Position numbers and translations under genes: made by a program | The notes under the pieces: generated by a model | Told to the model about the DNA's origin: nothing | Databases searched by the model: none | Seen by the model: the letters and a program-made list of their open reading frames with translations, nothing else | NCBI GenBank assembly: GCA_963664405.1 | Contig: OY761158.1 | Coordinates: 1,312,001-1,376,000 of the forward strand | Direction of reading: 5' to 3' | DNA from: Thermoanaerobaculia bacterium | Lineage (GTDB): Bacteria > Acidobacteriota > Thermoanaerobaculia > Multivoradales > Multivoraceae | DNA: 64,000 bases | Shown here: one piece after another, positions 37,674 to 47,116 of the stretch | How positions within the stretch are numbered: position 1 is the first letter of the stretch | Layout: every line of letters begins with the position of its first letter

Positions 37674-39572
37674 ATGCTGTCAAGAATCGTCGCCTCGCCC
37701 GCCTCCGTCGAGCCCGTGCTGATCGTCCTCCTGGCACTGGCCCTGCTCGGGCCGATCTGCGGATGCGCCACTGGGGACTCCGCCGACAACGAGCCGTCGG
37801 CCAAGGTCGACGAGGAGCCTGTCATCGAGCGCGACCCACTGCGTCAAGCCTTCTTCGGCGATCTCCACGTCCACACTGCCCACTCTCTCGACGCCTACAT
37901 CAACGGGGTCAGGCTGGGGCCCCGCGACGCCTATGGGTTCGCTCGAGGTGCGGCGGTGTCTCTGCCAGGGGGCACGGAACAACAGTTGGCGATGCCGCTC
38001 GACTTCGCCGCCGTCACCGATCATGCTGAGTTCTTCGCCGAGGGTGTGCTGTGCACCGATCCGTCGAGCCAAGCCTTCGAGGCCGACTTCTGCGTAGCAC
38101 TACGCGGAGGCGATGGCAGCATCATCCCCTCCGTCTTCGAGCGGATGAGTCGGCAACCGCCCGACCGCGACCAGCAGACCTGCCCGGAAGCAGAGCCCTG
38201 CCGAGAGCTGGCGAAGGGACCTTGGCAGGATATCCAGGCGGCAGCGGACGAGCTCAACGACCCCGGCCGATTCACCACCTTCGTGGCCTACGAGTACTCA
38301 CCGCTGCTGCGCGACTTCGGCACCCTTCACCGCAACATCATCTTCCGCGGAGCGACGGTTCCGGACGAGGCCCTGTCGGCGCTCGATCTGCCGACCCAGG
38401 CGGATCTATGGCGTTGGCTCGAGACCGCGTGCACTGGAGACTGCGAGGTGCAGGCAATACCTCACAACATGAACATGTCCTGGGGGCTGCTGTTCTCGCG
38501 CACCAACGATGACGGCACGCCCTACAGCGCCGAAGACCTCGAGCGCCGGGCGCGCTTCGAGCGGGTTGCGGAGGTGACCCAGCTCAAGGGGTCGTCCGAG
38601 TGCGCGGTCGGATTGGGAACGAACGACGAGGAATGCGCCTTCGAGCAGATGTTCCCGCTCTGCGAAGAGGGGCAGGAGACAAAGTGTGCACAGTCGGGGT
38701 CCTACTTGCGTGACGCCCTCCTCGACGGGCTCGCGCTCGAGGAAGAGGGCGGTACCAACCCCTTCAAGCTCGGCATGATCGGCTCGACCGATGCCCACAA
38801 CGGCACCGCCGGCGCTGTCGAGGAAGACCGCTTCATAGGAGCCGAAATGCCTCCGGCCGAGCTTTTCGCTGCCGCCAGCCCGATCTACGGTTCGCGAACC
38901 AACATCAACCCCGGAGGTCTGGCGGGCGTGTGGGCCGAGTCGAACACTCGCGAGGATCTGTTTGACGCTTTGCGGCGAAGAGAGAGCTTCGCCACCAGCG
39001 GCACTCGCATCCGAGCTCGATTCTTCGCCGGCTGGGACTATCCGAGCGACCTCGACAAACGCAAGAACGCGCTCCGGGTCGCGTACGAGCAAGGCGTACC
39101 GATGGGAGGCGATCTCGGCGCGCCGAACGGCCAGACCTCTCCCCGATTCTGGGTGTGGGCGCTACGCGGCGCTGACGGGGCTCCGCTGGACCGCCTGCAA
39201 GTGGTCAAGGGGTGGACCGCCACAGACGGCTCACCCCATCACCGCGTGTGGGACGTGGCGTGCGCGGGCGGCCGCTTTCCCGATCCCGCTACAGGCCGTT
39301 GCGCCGCTGTAGAGGCGTCGGTCGATCTCGACGACTGTTCCGTGCGCGACGACTCGGGCGCCGGCGAGCTCAGCGTCGTCTTCGCCGACCCCGACTTCGA
39401 CCCCAAAAGACCCGCGTTCTACTACGTGCGGGTGCTCGAAGTCCCCTCTTGCCGCTGGACAACGCATCTGGCCAATCGCGCCGGCCTCGAGCCGCCCTCC
39501 AATCGCCCCACAACGATCCAGGAGCGCGCCTGGTCGTCGCCGATCTGGTACACCCCTAGGCTCCACAAATGA
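37674..39572 (+). CDS. DUF3604 family (PHP-like metallo-hydrolase) putative lipoprotein
   Basis: FGDLHVHT, AVTDHAE, LHRNIIF, GSTDAH, IQERAWSSPIWY. Confidence 0.88.
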   Translation: MLSRIVASPASVEPVLIVLLALALLGPICGCATGDSADNEPSAKVDEEPVIERDPLRQAFFGDLHVHTAHSLDAYINGVRLGPRDAYGFARGAAVSLPGGTEQQLAMPLDFAAVTDHAEFFAEGVLCTDPSSQAFEADFCVALRGGDGSIIPSVFERMSRQPPDRDQQTCPEAEPCRELAKGPWQDIQAAADELNDPGRFTTFVAYEYSPLLRDFGTLHRNIIFRGATVPDEALSALDLPTQADLWRWLETACTGDCEVQAIPHNMNMSWGLLFSRTNDDGTPYSAEDLERRARFERVAEVTQLKGSSECAVGLGTNDEECAFEQMFPLCEEGQETKCAQSGSYLRDALLDGLALEEEGGTNPFKLGMIGSTDAHNGTAGAVEEDRFIGAEMPPAELFAAASPIYGSRTNINPGGLAGVWAESNTREDLFDALRRRESFATSGTRIRARFFAGWDYPSDLDKRKNALRVAYEQGVPMGGDLGAPNGQTSPRFWVWALRGADGAPLDRLQVVKGWTATDGSPHHRVWDVACAGGRFPDPATGRCAAVEASVDLDDCSVRDDSGAGELSVVFADPDFDPKRPAFYYVRVLEVPSCRWTTHLANRAGLEPPSNRPTTIQERAWSSPIWYTPRLHK

Positions 39573-39676
39573 TGAATATCATTTGCTCCGCTAGGCGCGC
39601 CCCACCTAGTTGTCTTTTGGCGCCGAGGACGGCGCACTTGGACGTTGCTTCCTATTCGCTCCCGGAAGGGCGCATG
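39557..39676 (+). repeat. Composite palindromic (REP-like) element, copy D
   Basis: CAAATGAT-N4-ATCATTTG, TGGCGCCGAGGACGGCGCAC, TTGCTTCCTATTCGCTCCCGGAAG; closest to copy C. Confidence 0.8.
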
Positions 39677-39888
39677 CCAATTTCGCAAGTCTCGGTGGAG
39701 ACCAAGCTCGAATGGCGAACCGGGCTGGCCGGGTCGGAGACGCCCACGATGCCCTCGTGGGCCACGGAGGGCTCAGCATTGCCGGCCCCGCCGCGTTTCT
39801 GTCGATCTGACGGACCGGCCGGACGACGAAGGGAATGGGTATGATGCAAGATCTAGAAGGAAAACAGTGAGCACAGGAGAACAGCGAG

Positions 39889-40314
39889 ATGGATAGGGAA
39901 GCTCTGATCGAACATCTGAATCAGGATCTGGCGGCCGAGCTCAGTGCGATCATTCAGTATTTGACCTACGCCGCGAAGACGACGGGTCCCTACCGTCCTC
40001 AGCTAGCGCAGTTCTTCCTGACCGAAGTGGCGGATGAGCAGCTTCACGCGCAGTTTCTCGCCAACAAGATCGTGTCGCTTGGAGGTGAGCCGACGACCGT
40101 GCCCCGCCCGGTGCCGGCTGCGGGCACGAATCAGGAGATGCTGGAGGCGGTCCTCGCCGCCGAGAGACAGGCTACCAAGGACTACACCGAGCGCGCCAAG
40201 GAGGCCGAGGCCGCCGGCGAGAAGGGCCTCGCGGTGCAGCTCGAAGACATGGTCCGGGACGAGAGCGGGCACTCTGAGGAAACGGAGAGAATCCTGCGAG
40301 ATTGGCCGATGTGA
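39889..40314 (+). CDS. Ferritin-like (bacterioferritin-like) protein
   Basis: ELSAIIQY, DEQLHA, AERQA, DESGH di-iron ligands. Confidence 0.85.
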   Translation: MDREALIEHLNQDLAAELSAIIQYLTYAAKTTGPYRPQLAQFFLTEVADEQLHAQFLANKIVSLGGEPTTVPRPVPAAGTNQEMLEAVLAAERQATKDYTERAKEAEAAGEKGLAVQLEDMVRDESGHSEETERILRDWPM

Positions 40315-40345
40315 GGAGCGCTCTTCGTTCGGCGAGAGCCGCGGA

Positions 40346-41005
40346 TCAACTACCCAAGACGGCGGAGACGCCCCAGGAGAGCTCCGATATGCGCTCGGTC
40401 TCGACCTCGAAGCCCAATCTGATGAGCTCCGCCACCGACCGCTCCAGGTCCCAGAAAAACTCGTCTTCGATCTCGTCGGCGAGCTCTTTCGCCTGCGAGC
40501 GACGTAACCCAGCGAGGTACTCCCGCCGATGCTCCGAGTCGGCGAACATCAGGTCGCCGAATACGGCGCGGCCGCCCGGTGCGAGCCCTTCCGCGATGCG
40601 GCGGAAGAGGAGCGACTTCTCCTCGGCGGTCAGATGGTGGATCGTATAGGTGCTCACCAGAAGATCGAATGGATCTCTCGGGGTGTCGAAGCTCTCGAGG
40701 ATGTCGGACGCGACGTACTCGACGCCGTCGAGAGCAGCCAGCTTTGACCGGGCCATCCGCAGCATCTCTTCGGAGACATCCACACACACCAGGCGACCGG
40801 GTCGACCGAGCAGCACGGTCAGGTTGCCCGTACCGGTACCCAACTCCAAGACCGACGACCCCTCGCCGGGCGATGCTTCCTTCGCGACCCAGTCGAGGAG
40901 AGCCGAGTACCCTTCGCGAATCGGGTTGCCCTCGTCGGCTACATCGAGGTCGTAGCCCTGGGCTTCGTCATCGTGGTTGAACTTGTCGGCAAATCGGCTG
41001 CGCAT
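40346..41005 (-). CDS. Class I SAM-dependent methyltransferase
   Basis: VLELGTGTG, VDVSEEM, YTIHHL, LAPGG. Confidence 0.85.
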   Translation of the reverse strand: MRSRFADKFNHDDEAQGYDLDVADEGNPIREGYSALLDWVAKEASPGEGSSVLELGTGTGNLTVLLGRPGRLVCVDVSEEMLRMARSKLAALDGVEYVASDILESFDTPRDPFDLLVSTYTIHHLTAEEKSLLFRRIAEGLAPGGRAVFGDLMFADSEHRREYLAGLRRSQAKELADEIEDEFFWDLERSVAELIRLGFEVETERISELSWGVSAVLGS

Positions 41006-41043
41006 GGCTACGTGCGACCCCGGAGACGAGTCGAAGCTCGCGA

Positions 41044-41800
41044 TCACTCTCCCGGAGAAATGTTCTGGTTCATACGAAAGAGATTGTCCGGGTCCCACCT
41101 CTTTTTGACCTCGACCATTCGCGAGAAATTGGAGCCATAGGCGGCTTCGACCCGCCCTCCTTCGTCTTGGTCCAAATAGTTGACGTAGGCCCCCGTGCCG
41201 AAGGGCGCCATGGCGTCATAGAAGCGCCGTGTCCAAGCCATGTTCTGCTCGTCCTTGGCCGGGTCGGACCAGCCGGTCCAGATGCCGAAAGTGTAGGGAG
41301 CGTGGCGATAGGCAAAGGCGGTAGCGGCTGGGTCGACCCGGCCGAAAGCACCGCCCAGAGGCTCGATGCCGACGATGGTGAACTCTCCTGGAAGGTCCCG
41401 CGTGTACTCTGCGACCGTGTCCAGCACCTCGTCGGCGAGACCGTCGAGATGGTGGGCCTTCCAGTAGTAGCGCTCCCCCGCCGGCGTGCCGGCGTCGAAG
41501 CTCTGCTGCAGGGCCACATAGGGCATCGCGTCGACGACGGCGAGAACCGGATCCCCGAAGTGCAGCAGCGGCTCGAGAGCCGCCTTGCCCTCGTCCACCG
41601 GCCCGCAGTGGCAGGCCACCAGGACGATCGCTGGTTTGCCCCAATAGGCGGCGGGAAAGGGGTCGACGGGCGGCATGTGGACGATCAGAGTGTAGATCGC
41701 GAGCTCATCGGGAGCGTCCTTGCTGAATTCTCGATAGAACCTGAGCACCCCGCCCGCTGCTTCGATCGGGTGGAAGATCTGGGCAGCCGCCACTTCGGGC
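41044..41800 (-). pseudogene. C-terminal half of a BBE-like (VAO/PCMH) FAD oxidoreductase; FAD-binding N-terminus missing
   Basis: ERYYWK, ATAFAYR, AYVNY, KKRWDPDNLFRMNQNI; no FAD_binding_4 region or credible start upstream. Confidence 0.78.
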
Positions 41801-41956
41801 TCCCTCCAGGGTTCTCGCAGCCACCTGCAATCTACCGCGCCAGGGCTCTCTGGAGAAGACCGGAAGGACAGAGAAAGATCCCGCGGGTGCAGAGTGTTAG
41901 CGTCCGCCTGACAAAGTCGCCCGCACTGGCGGGGCGAGAGGACGGGAGGGGCCGGC

Positions 41957-44900
41957 ATGAAGTTTTCCAGGTTGTTGATCGCGAATCGTGGCGAGATCGC
42001 CATTCGGGTGGCCCGTGCAGCGGCGGAGCTTGGAATCGAGCCGGTGGCCGTCTTCGCGGAAGACGATGCTGCCAGCCTTCACGTGTGCAAAGCGGCGAGG
42101 GCGGTGGCGCTCGAGGGAGTCGGGGCACCGGCGTATCTCGACATCGAGCAAATGGTGAGGGCCGCCGTCGAGCACGGCTGCGATGCGGTGCATCCCGGCT
42201 ACGGCTTCCTCAGCGAGAACGCGGCCTTCGCCACGTCCTGCAGCAAGGCAGGGTTGACCTTCATCGGGCCGCGGGTCGAGCTACTGCAGCTGTTCGGAGA
42301 CAAGGTGAGGGCGCGGGCCGCCGCTCTGGCGGCTGGAGTGCCGGTCCTGAAGGGATCGAGTGAGCCGATGACGGTGGAGCAAGCGATCGCCTTCTTCGAA
42401 GAGCTGCCCGTCGGTAGCGCCATGGTGATCAAGGCGGTCTGGGGCGGCGGTGGCCGCGGCATGCGGGTGGTGAGCGAAGCGGCGGAGGTCGCGAGTGCCT
42501 ACGAGCGCTGTAGCTCGGAGGCGCGCTCGGCCTTCGGCAACGAGGCCGTCTATGCCGAGCACTTCCTACCCCGTGCTCGCCACATCGAAGTGCAGATCGT
42601 GGCGGACAGAGACACAGTCATCCACCTCGGAGAGCGGGACTGCAGCTTGCAACGACGGCATCAGAAGATCGTCGAGATCGCGCCCTCACCCAGCCTCGAT
42701 TCGGAGCTTCGCGAGCGAATCCTCACCGCGGCGACTGACTTCGCCCGGTCGGTCGACTACGACAACCTCGGCACCTTCGAGTTCCTGGTCGACGCTGACC
42801 AGACGACTTTCGCCTTCATCGAGGCCAACGTGCGGCTGCAAGTCGAGCACACCGTCACCGAAGAGGTCACCGGAGTGGACATCGTCTCGACACAGCTCCG
42901 GCTTTCGGCCGGCTCGGGCCTCGCCGAGCTCGGCCTGACCGAATCTCCAGCTCCGCGCGGCTTCGCGATCCAGGCCCGCGTCAACATGGAGCGCATGTTG
43001 GAGAACGGCAGTGCCATTCCGACCGGAGGCACGCTCGCCGCCTTCGAGCCGCCTTCCGGGCCTGGGGTGCGCACCGACACTTTCGGCTACGCCGGCTACA
43101 CCACGAGCCCGCGTTACGACTCGCTGTTGGCGAAGGTGATCGGACACAGCCCGAGCCCGAGCTTCGAGGCCGCAGTATCCAAGACCTATCGCGCCCTCTG
43201 CGAGTTCCGCATCGAGGGAGTCGAGACCAACTTGGGATTCCTGCAGAACCTGCTCAGCCACGACAAGGTTGCCAGCGGAGATCTACACACCAGCTTCATC
43301 GACGAAGAAGCGGCGAAGCTCGTGGTTCCGCGAGAGCACGACTCCTGGTTTCACCAAGGCGCCGCCCCGGTCGAGAAAAGGCGGCTGGCCGGAGCTCAGG
43401 TCGATGCCGGTGACCCCCTTGCAGTCCTGACCTACGGCCAGGCGGCCGGCGACCAAGCCCAGCAGGAAAGCCACGAAGGCAAATCCTTCGCAGCAGCAGC
43501 CGGAAAGGGACCGAGTGGCACCAAACCCATACCCGCTCCCCTCCAGGGCACCGTGATCGCTCTCGATGTGTCCGAGGGCGATTCGGTTGTCGAGGGCCAG
43601 CAACTGCTGGTCATGGAGTCGATGAAGATGGAGCACGAGATCCGCTCCACTCTCAGTGGTCTGGTGCGTCGGCTCGGCGTTGCGGCCGGCGACACCATCC
43701 ACGAAGGCCACCCGCTGGTCTACATCGAAGAGACCGACGTTCACGGGAGCGTCGAGGCCGAGGTCGATGAGGTCGATCTCGACTTCATCCGGCCCGACCT
43801 TGCCGAAGTCGTCGGCCGCCACAACAAGACTCTGGACGCGTCCAGACCCGAGGCGGTGGCAAGGCGGCGCAAAAAGAGCCAACGCACGGCTCGCGAAAAC
43901 GTCGACGACCTCTGTGACGAAGGCACTTTTGTCGAGTACGGCTCCCTGGTCCTGGCCGCGCAACGGCGGCGGCGCACGCTGGAGGACCTCATCGCCAAGA
44001 CTCCGGCCGACGGCATGATCACCGGAATCGGATCTATCAACGGCAAAGTCTTCGACGACCCGGCGGCCCGCTGTGTAGTGATGTCCTACGACTACACGGT
44101 GCTCGCGGGCACTCAGGGCGGCCAGAACCACCGCAAGACCGACCGCATGATCACGGTGGCAGAGGAGGGCACCATGCCGCTGGTGTTGTTTGCAGAAGGT
44201 GGCGGCGGTCGACCGGGCGACACCGACTCTGTCGGAGTGAGCACCTCGAGAACCTTCTCCCGCTTCGCCCAACTCTCGGGTCTGGTCCCCATGATCGGAA
44301 TCACTTCGGGCCGCTGCTTCGCAGGCAACGCGTCGCTTCTGGGATGCTGCGACGTCGTTATCGCCACTGCCAATTCGAACATCGGAATGGGCGGGCCGGC
44401 GATGATCGAGGGAGGCGGTCTCGGCGTCTATGCGCCGGAGGACATCGGCCCGATGTCGGTCCAGGTACCCAACGGCGTGGTCGACGTGGCAGTCGCTGAC
44501 GAAGCTGAAGCCGTCGTCGTTGCGAAACAGTACCTCTCTTACTTTCAGGGCAACCTCAAACAGTGGGACTGCCCAGACCAGCGCGTAATGCGCCGCATCG
44601 TGCCAGAGAACCGTCTGCGCGTTTACGACATCCGCAGCGTCATCGACACCATCGCCGACACCGGCTCAGTGCTCGAGATCCGCCAGAGCTTCGGCATCGG
44701 CATGGTCACCTCTTTGATTCGGATCGAAGGTCGCCCGCTCGGAGTGATCGCCAACAACCCGGCTCACCTTGGAGGTGCGATCGATTCCGACGCGGCCGAT
44801 AAAGCTGCCCGCTTCATGCAGCTCTGCGACGCTTTCGACCTCCCCATCCTCTACCTCTGCGACACGCCAGGCATCATGGTCGGCCCGGAGGTCGAAAGGA

Positions 44901-45334
44901 CCGCTCTGGTGCGTCACTCGAGTCGCATGTTCGTCATCGGCGCGAATCTGACAGTCCCCTTCTTCACCATCGTCATTCGAAAATCCTACGGCCTCGGTGG
45001 CATCGCCATGATGGGCGGCTCGCACTACACGCCAACTTTCTCGATCGCCTGGCCCACCGGAGAGTTCGGAGGTATGGGTCTCGAAGGGTCGGTGAAGCTC
45101 GGCTATCGCAACGACCTGGCGGCCATCGAGGATCCCAAAGAGCGGCTGGAGCGCTTCGAGGAAATGGTGGCCGCCGCCTACGAGCACGGCAAGGCACTCA
45201 ACCAGTCGTCGCTCTTCGGCGTTGACGACGCCATCGACCCAGCTGACTCGCGCTGGTGGGTCGCGAGCCTTCTGAGCTCGATTCGCCGCGAGCCTCACAA
45301 AGGCAAGAAACGACCTGCCGTCGACGCCTGGTAG
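41957..45334 (+). CDS. Single-chain biotin-dependent acyl-CoA carboxylase (BC-BCCP-CT), copy 2
   Basis: IANRGEIA, HPGYGFL, RLQVEH; SMKM biotin site; CT domain; collinear with 18620-21985. Confidence 0.92.
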   Translation: MKFSRLLIANRGEIAIRVARAAAELGIEPVAVFAEDDAASLHVCKAARAVALEGVGAPAYLDIEQMVRAAVEHGCDAVHPGYGFLSENAAFATSCSKAGLTFIGPRVELLQLFGDKVRARAAALAAGVPVLKGSSEPMTVEQAIAFFEELPVGSAMVIKAVWGGGGRGMRVVSEAAEVASAYERCSSEARSAFGNEAVYAEHFLPRARHIEVQIVADRDTVIHLGERDCSLQRRHQKIVEIAPSPSLDSELRERILTAATDFARSVDYDNLGTFEFLVDADQTTFAFIEANVRLQVEHTVTEEVTGVDIVSTQLRLSAGSGLAELGLTESPAPRGFAIQARVNMERMLENGSAIPTGGTLAAFEPPSGPGVRTDTFGYAGYTTSPRYDSLLAKVIGHSPSPSFEAAVSKTYRALCEFRIEGVETNLGFLQNLLSHDKVASGDLHTSFIDEEAAKLVVPREHDSWFHQGAAPVEKRRLAGAQVDAGDPLAVLTYGQAAGDQAQQESHEGKSFAAAAGKGPSGTKPIPAPLQGTVIALDVSEGDSVVEGQQLLVMESMKMEHEIRSTLSGLVRRLGVAAGDTIHEGHPLVYIEETDVHGSVEAEVDEVDLDFIRPDLAEVVGRHNKTLDASRPEAVARRRKKSQRTARENVDDLCDEGTFVEYGSLVLAAQRRRRTLEDLIAKTPADGMITGIGSINGKVFDDPAARCVVMSYDYTVLAGTQGGQNHRKTDRMITVAEEGTMPLVLFAEGGGGRPGDTDSVGVSTSRTFSRFAQLSGLVPMIGITSGRCFAGNASLLGCCDVVIATANSNIGMGGPAMIEGGGLGVYAPEDIGPMSVQVPNGVVDVAVADEAEAVVVAKQYLSYFQGNLKQWDCPDQRVMRRIVPENRLRVYDIRSVIDTIADTGSVLEIRQSFGIGMVTSLIRIEGRPLGVIANNPAHLGGAIDSDAADKAARFMQLCDAFDLPILYLCDTPGIMVGPEVERTALVRHSSRMFVIGANLTVPFFTIVIRKSYGLGGIAMMGGSHYTPTFSIAWPTGEFGGMGLEGSVKLGYRNDLAAIEDPKERLERFEEMVAAAYEHGKALNQSSLFGVDDAIDPADSRWWVASLLSSIRREPHKGKKRPAVDAW

Positions 45335-45343
45335 GCTCGGAAG

Positions 45344-46990
45344 ATGCCTGAAGCGCAACAAGAGTCCGAAGGTGAGAGCGCCGACGCCGCGCGAGATTTC
45401 GACGTGGTAATCGTGGGGGCCGGGCTCGCCGGGCTCTACATGCTCTACAAGGTGCGCGAGCTCGGACTGACGGCACGGGTGTTCGAAGCCGGCGACGGCG
45501 TGGGCGGCACCTGGTACTGGAATCGATACCCGGGGGCCCGCTGCGACGTCGAGAGCATGCAGTACTCCTACCAGTTCTCGAAAGAGCTGCAGCAGGAGTG
45601 GGACTGGAGCGAGCGCTACGCCGGCCAGCCCGAGATTCTGCGCTACATCAATCACGTTGCCGACCGCTTCGATCTCCGCGACGGCCTCCAGTTCTCGACC
45701 CGAGTCGAGAGCGCGATCTTCAACGAGGAACGAGATCGGTGGCAGATCCGAACCGACGATGACGTGCAGTGGTCGTCGAGGTTCTGCGTCATGGCCACGG
45801 GGTGCTTGTCCTCGACGAATCTGCCGCCTTTCAAAGGACGTGACGACTTCGGGGGTGAGTCGTACCACACCGGGAGCTGGCCTCACGAGGGAGTCGACTT
45901 CGAGGGCAAGCGAGTCGGCGTCATCGGCACCGGCTCGACGGCGATCCAGGCGATTCCAATGATCGCCGAGCAGGCCAAAGAACTGGTGGTTTTCCAGCGC
46001 ACTCCCAACTTCTCGATTCCCGCCCGCAACGGTCAACTCGACCCCGAAGTGCGGGCCGAGATCAAAGCCGACTACGACGGCCTGCGAAAACGCGCGAGCG
46101 AGGCCGGTTTCGGGATCGATCTTCAGGCGAACGAGCTGGCCGCGATGGACGTCACCGCCGAGGAGCGCGAGCGCGAGTTCGAGCGCCGGTGGAGTATCGG
46201 TGGGTTCAGCTACCTCGGAGCCTATACCGATCTCATCCTCAACAAGGACGCAAACGACGCCGCCGCGGAGTTCGTTCGACGGAAGATCAGCGAGGTGATC
46301 GACGACCCACAGGTTGCCGAGGCCCTGAGCCCTACGACCACCCTCGGCTGCAAGCGCATGTGTCTCGACTCCGGCTACTACCAGACCTTCAACAGGGCGA
46401 ACGTGACCCTGGTCGACATCCGTGAAGAGGGAATCGACGAGATCACCCCAGACGGCATCCGGGCGAAAGGTCGCGAGTACGAGGTCGACTGCATCGTCTA
46501 CGCCACCGGCTTCGACGCCATAACCGGCGCACTGTTGGCAATCGACATTCGCGGTCGCAATGGCGCGAGCTTGAGAGAAGAATGGGCCGAGGGTCCGCGT
46601 ACCTACCTGGGGCTCGGAAGCGCCGGTTTTCCCAACCTCTTCACGATCACCGGACCGGGCAGTCCCTCGGTTCTCTCCAATATGCTGCCTTCGATCGAGC
46701 AGCACGTGAACTGGATCGCCGAGTGCATCGGCTACATGGTCGAGAACCAAAAACAGTCGATCGAGCCTACGGTCGAGGCCCAAGAGCAATGGGTCGCACA
46801 CGTCAACGAAGTGGCCGGATCGACCTTGCTGTTGGGCTGCAACTCCTGGTACCTCGGCGCCAACGTTCCCGGCAAGCCGCGCGTGTTCATGCCCTACATC
46901 GGCTTTCCGCCCTATGTGCAGAAATGCGATGAGGTCGCTGCGAACGGCTACGAGGGCTTCGCCCTGCAGCCCACCGGCACCGCATCGTAG
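45344..46990 (+). CDS. Baeyer-Villiger monooxygenase (cyclohexanone/phenylacetone monooxygenase-like)
   Basis: GAGLAG, GGTWYWNRYPGARCD, fingerprint FGGESYHTGSWP, GTGSTA, ATGF. Confidence 0.93.
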   Translation: MPEAQQESEGESADAARDFDVVIVGAGLAGLYMLYKVRELGLTARVFEAGDGVGGTWYWNRYPGARCDVESMQYSYQFSKELQQEWDWSERYAGQPEILRYINHVADRFDLRDGLQFSTRVESAIFNEERDRWQIRTDDDVQWSSRFCVMATGCLSSTNLPPFKGRDDFGGESYHTGSWPHEGVDFEGKRVGVIGTGSTAIQAIPMIAEQAKELVVFQRTPNFSIPARNGQLDPEVRAEIKADYDGLRKRASEAGFGIDLQANELAAMDVTAEEREREFERRWSIGGFSYLGAYTDLILNKDANDAAAEFVRRKISEVIDDPQVAEALSPTTTLGCKRMCLDSGYYQTFNRANVTLVDIREEGIDEITPDGIRAKGREYEVDCIVYATGFDAITGALLAIDIRGRNGASLREEWAEGPRTYLGLGSAGFPNLFTITGPGSPSVLSNMLPSIEQHVNWIAECIGYMVENQKQSIEPTVEAQEQWVAHVNEVAGSTLLLGCNSWYLGANVPGKPRVFMPYIGFPPYVQKCDEVAANGYEGFALQPTGTAS

Positions 46991-47018
46991 TCCTGCTGGT
47001 AGGGCGGCTGCTCCCTAC

Positions 47019-47116
47019 CTTCCCGAAGTGAATCGGAAGCAACCCCAAGGTGCGCCGTCCTCGGCGCCAAGCAAGAGCTAGCCGTAGGAAATGATAGCGA
47101 TCATTTCCGGACGCTA
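47019..47116 (-). repeat. Composite palindromic (REP-like) element, copy E
   Basis: On the minus strand: GGAAATGAT-N4-ATCATTTCC, TGGCGCCGAGGACGGCGCAC, TTGCTTCCGATTCACTTCGGGAAG. Confidence 0.8.

Noticed and set aside
39565-39585. AAATGATGAATATCATTT as a Fur-type box for the ferritin-like gene
   Set aside because: It is module 1 of the dispersed repeat, also found after unrelated genes, and lies about 300 nt upstream of the start codon
39570-40314. Other TGA-ending ORFs (DUF3604, ferritin-like) as further selenoproteins
   Set aside because: The stops fall at the natural family C-termini and not in a Cys-motif context
44666-46801. 711-aa minus-strand ORF and many other long antisense or overlapping ORFs
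   Set aside because: Shadows of well-supported genes on the opposite strand, expected from high-GC codon bias; no motifs recognised
25863-47116. Repeated palindromes as a CRISPR array
   Set aside because: Copies are dispersed kilobases apart with no repeat-spacer periodicity, and no cas genes are present
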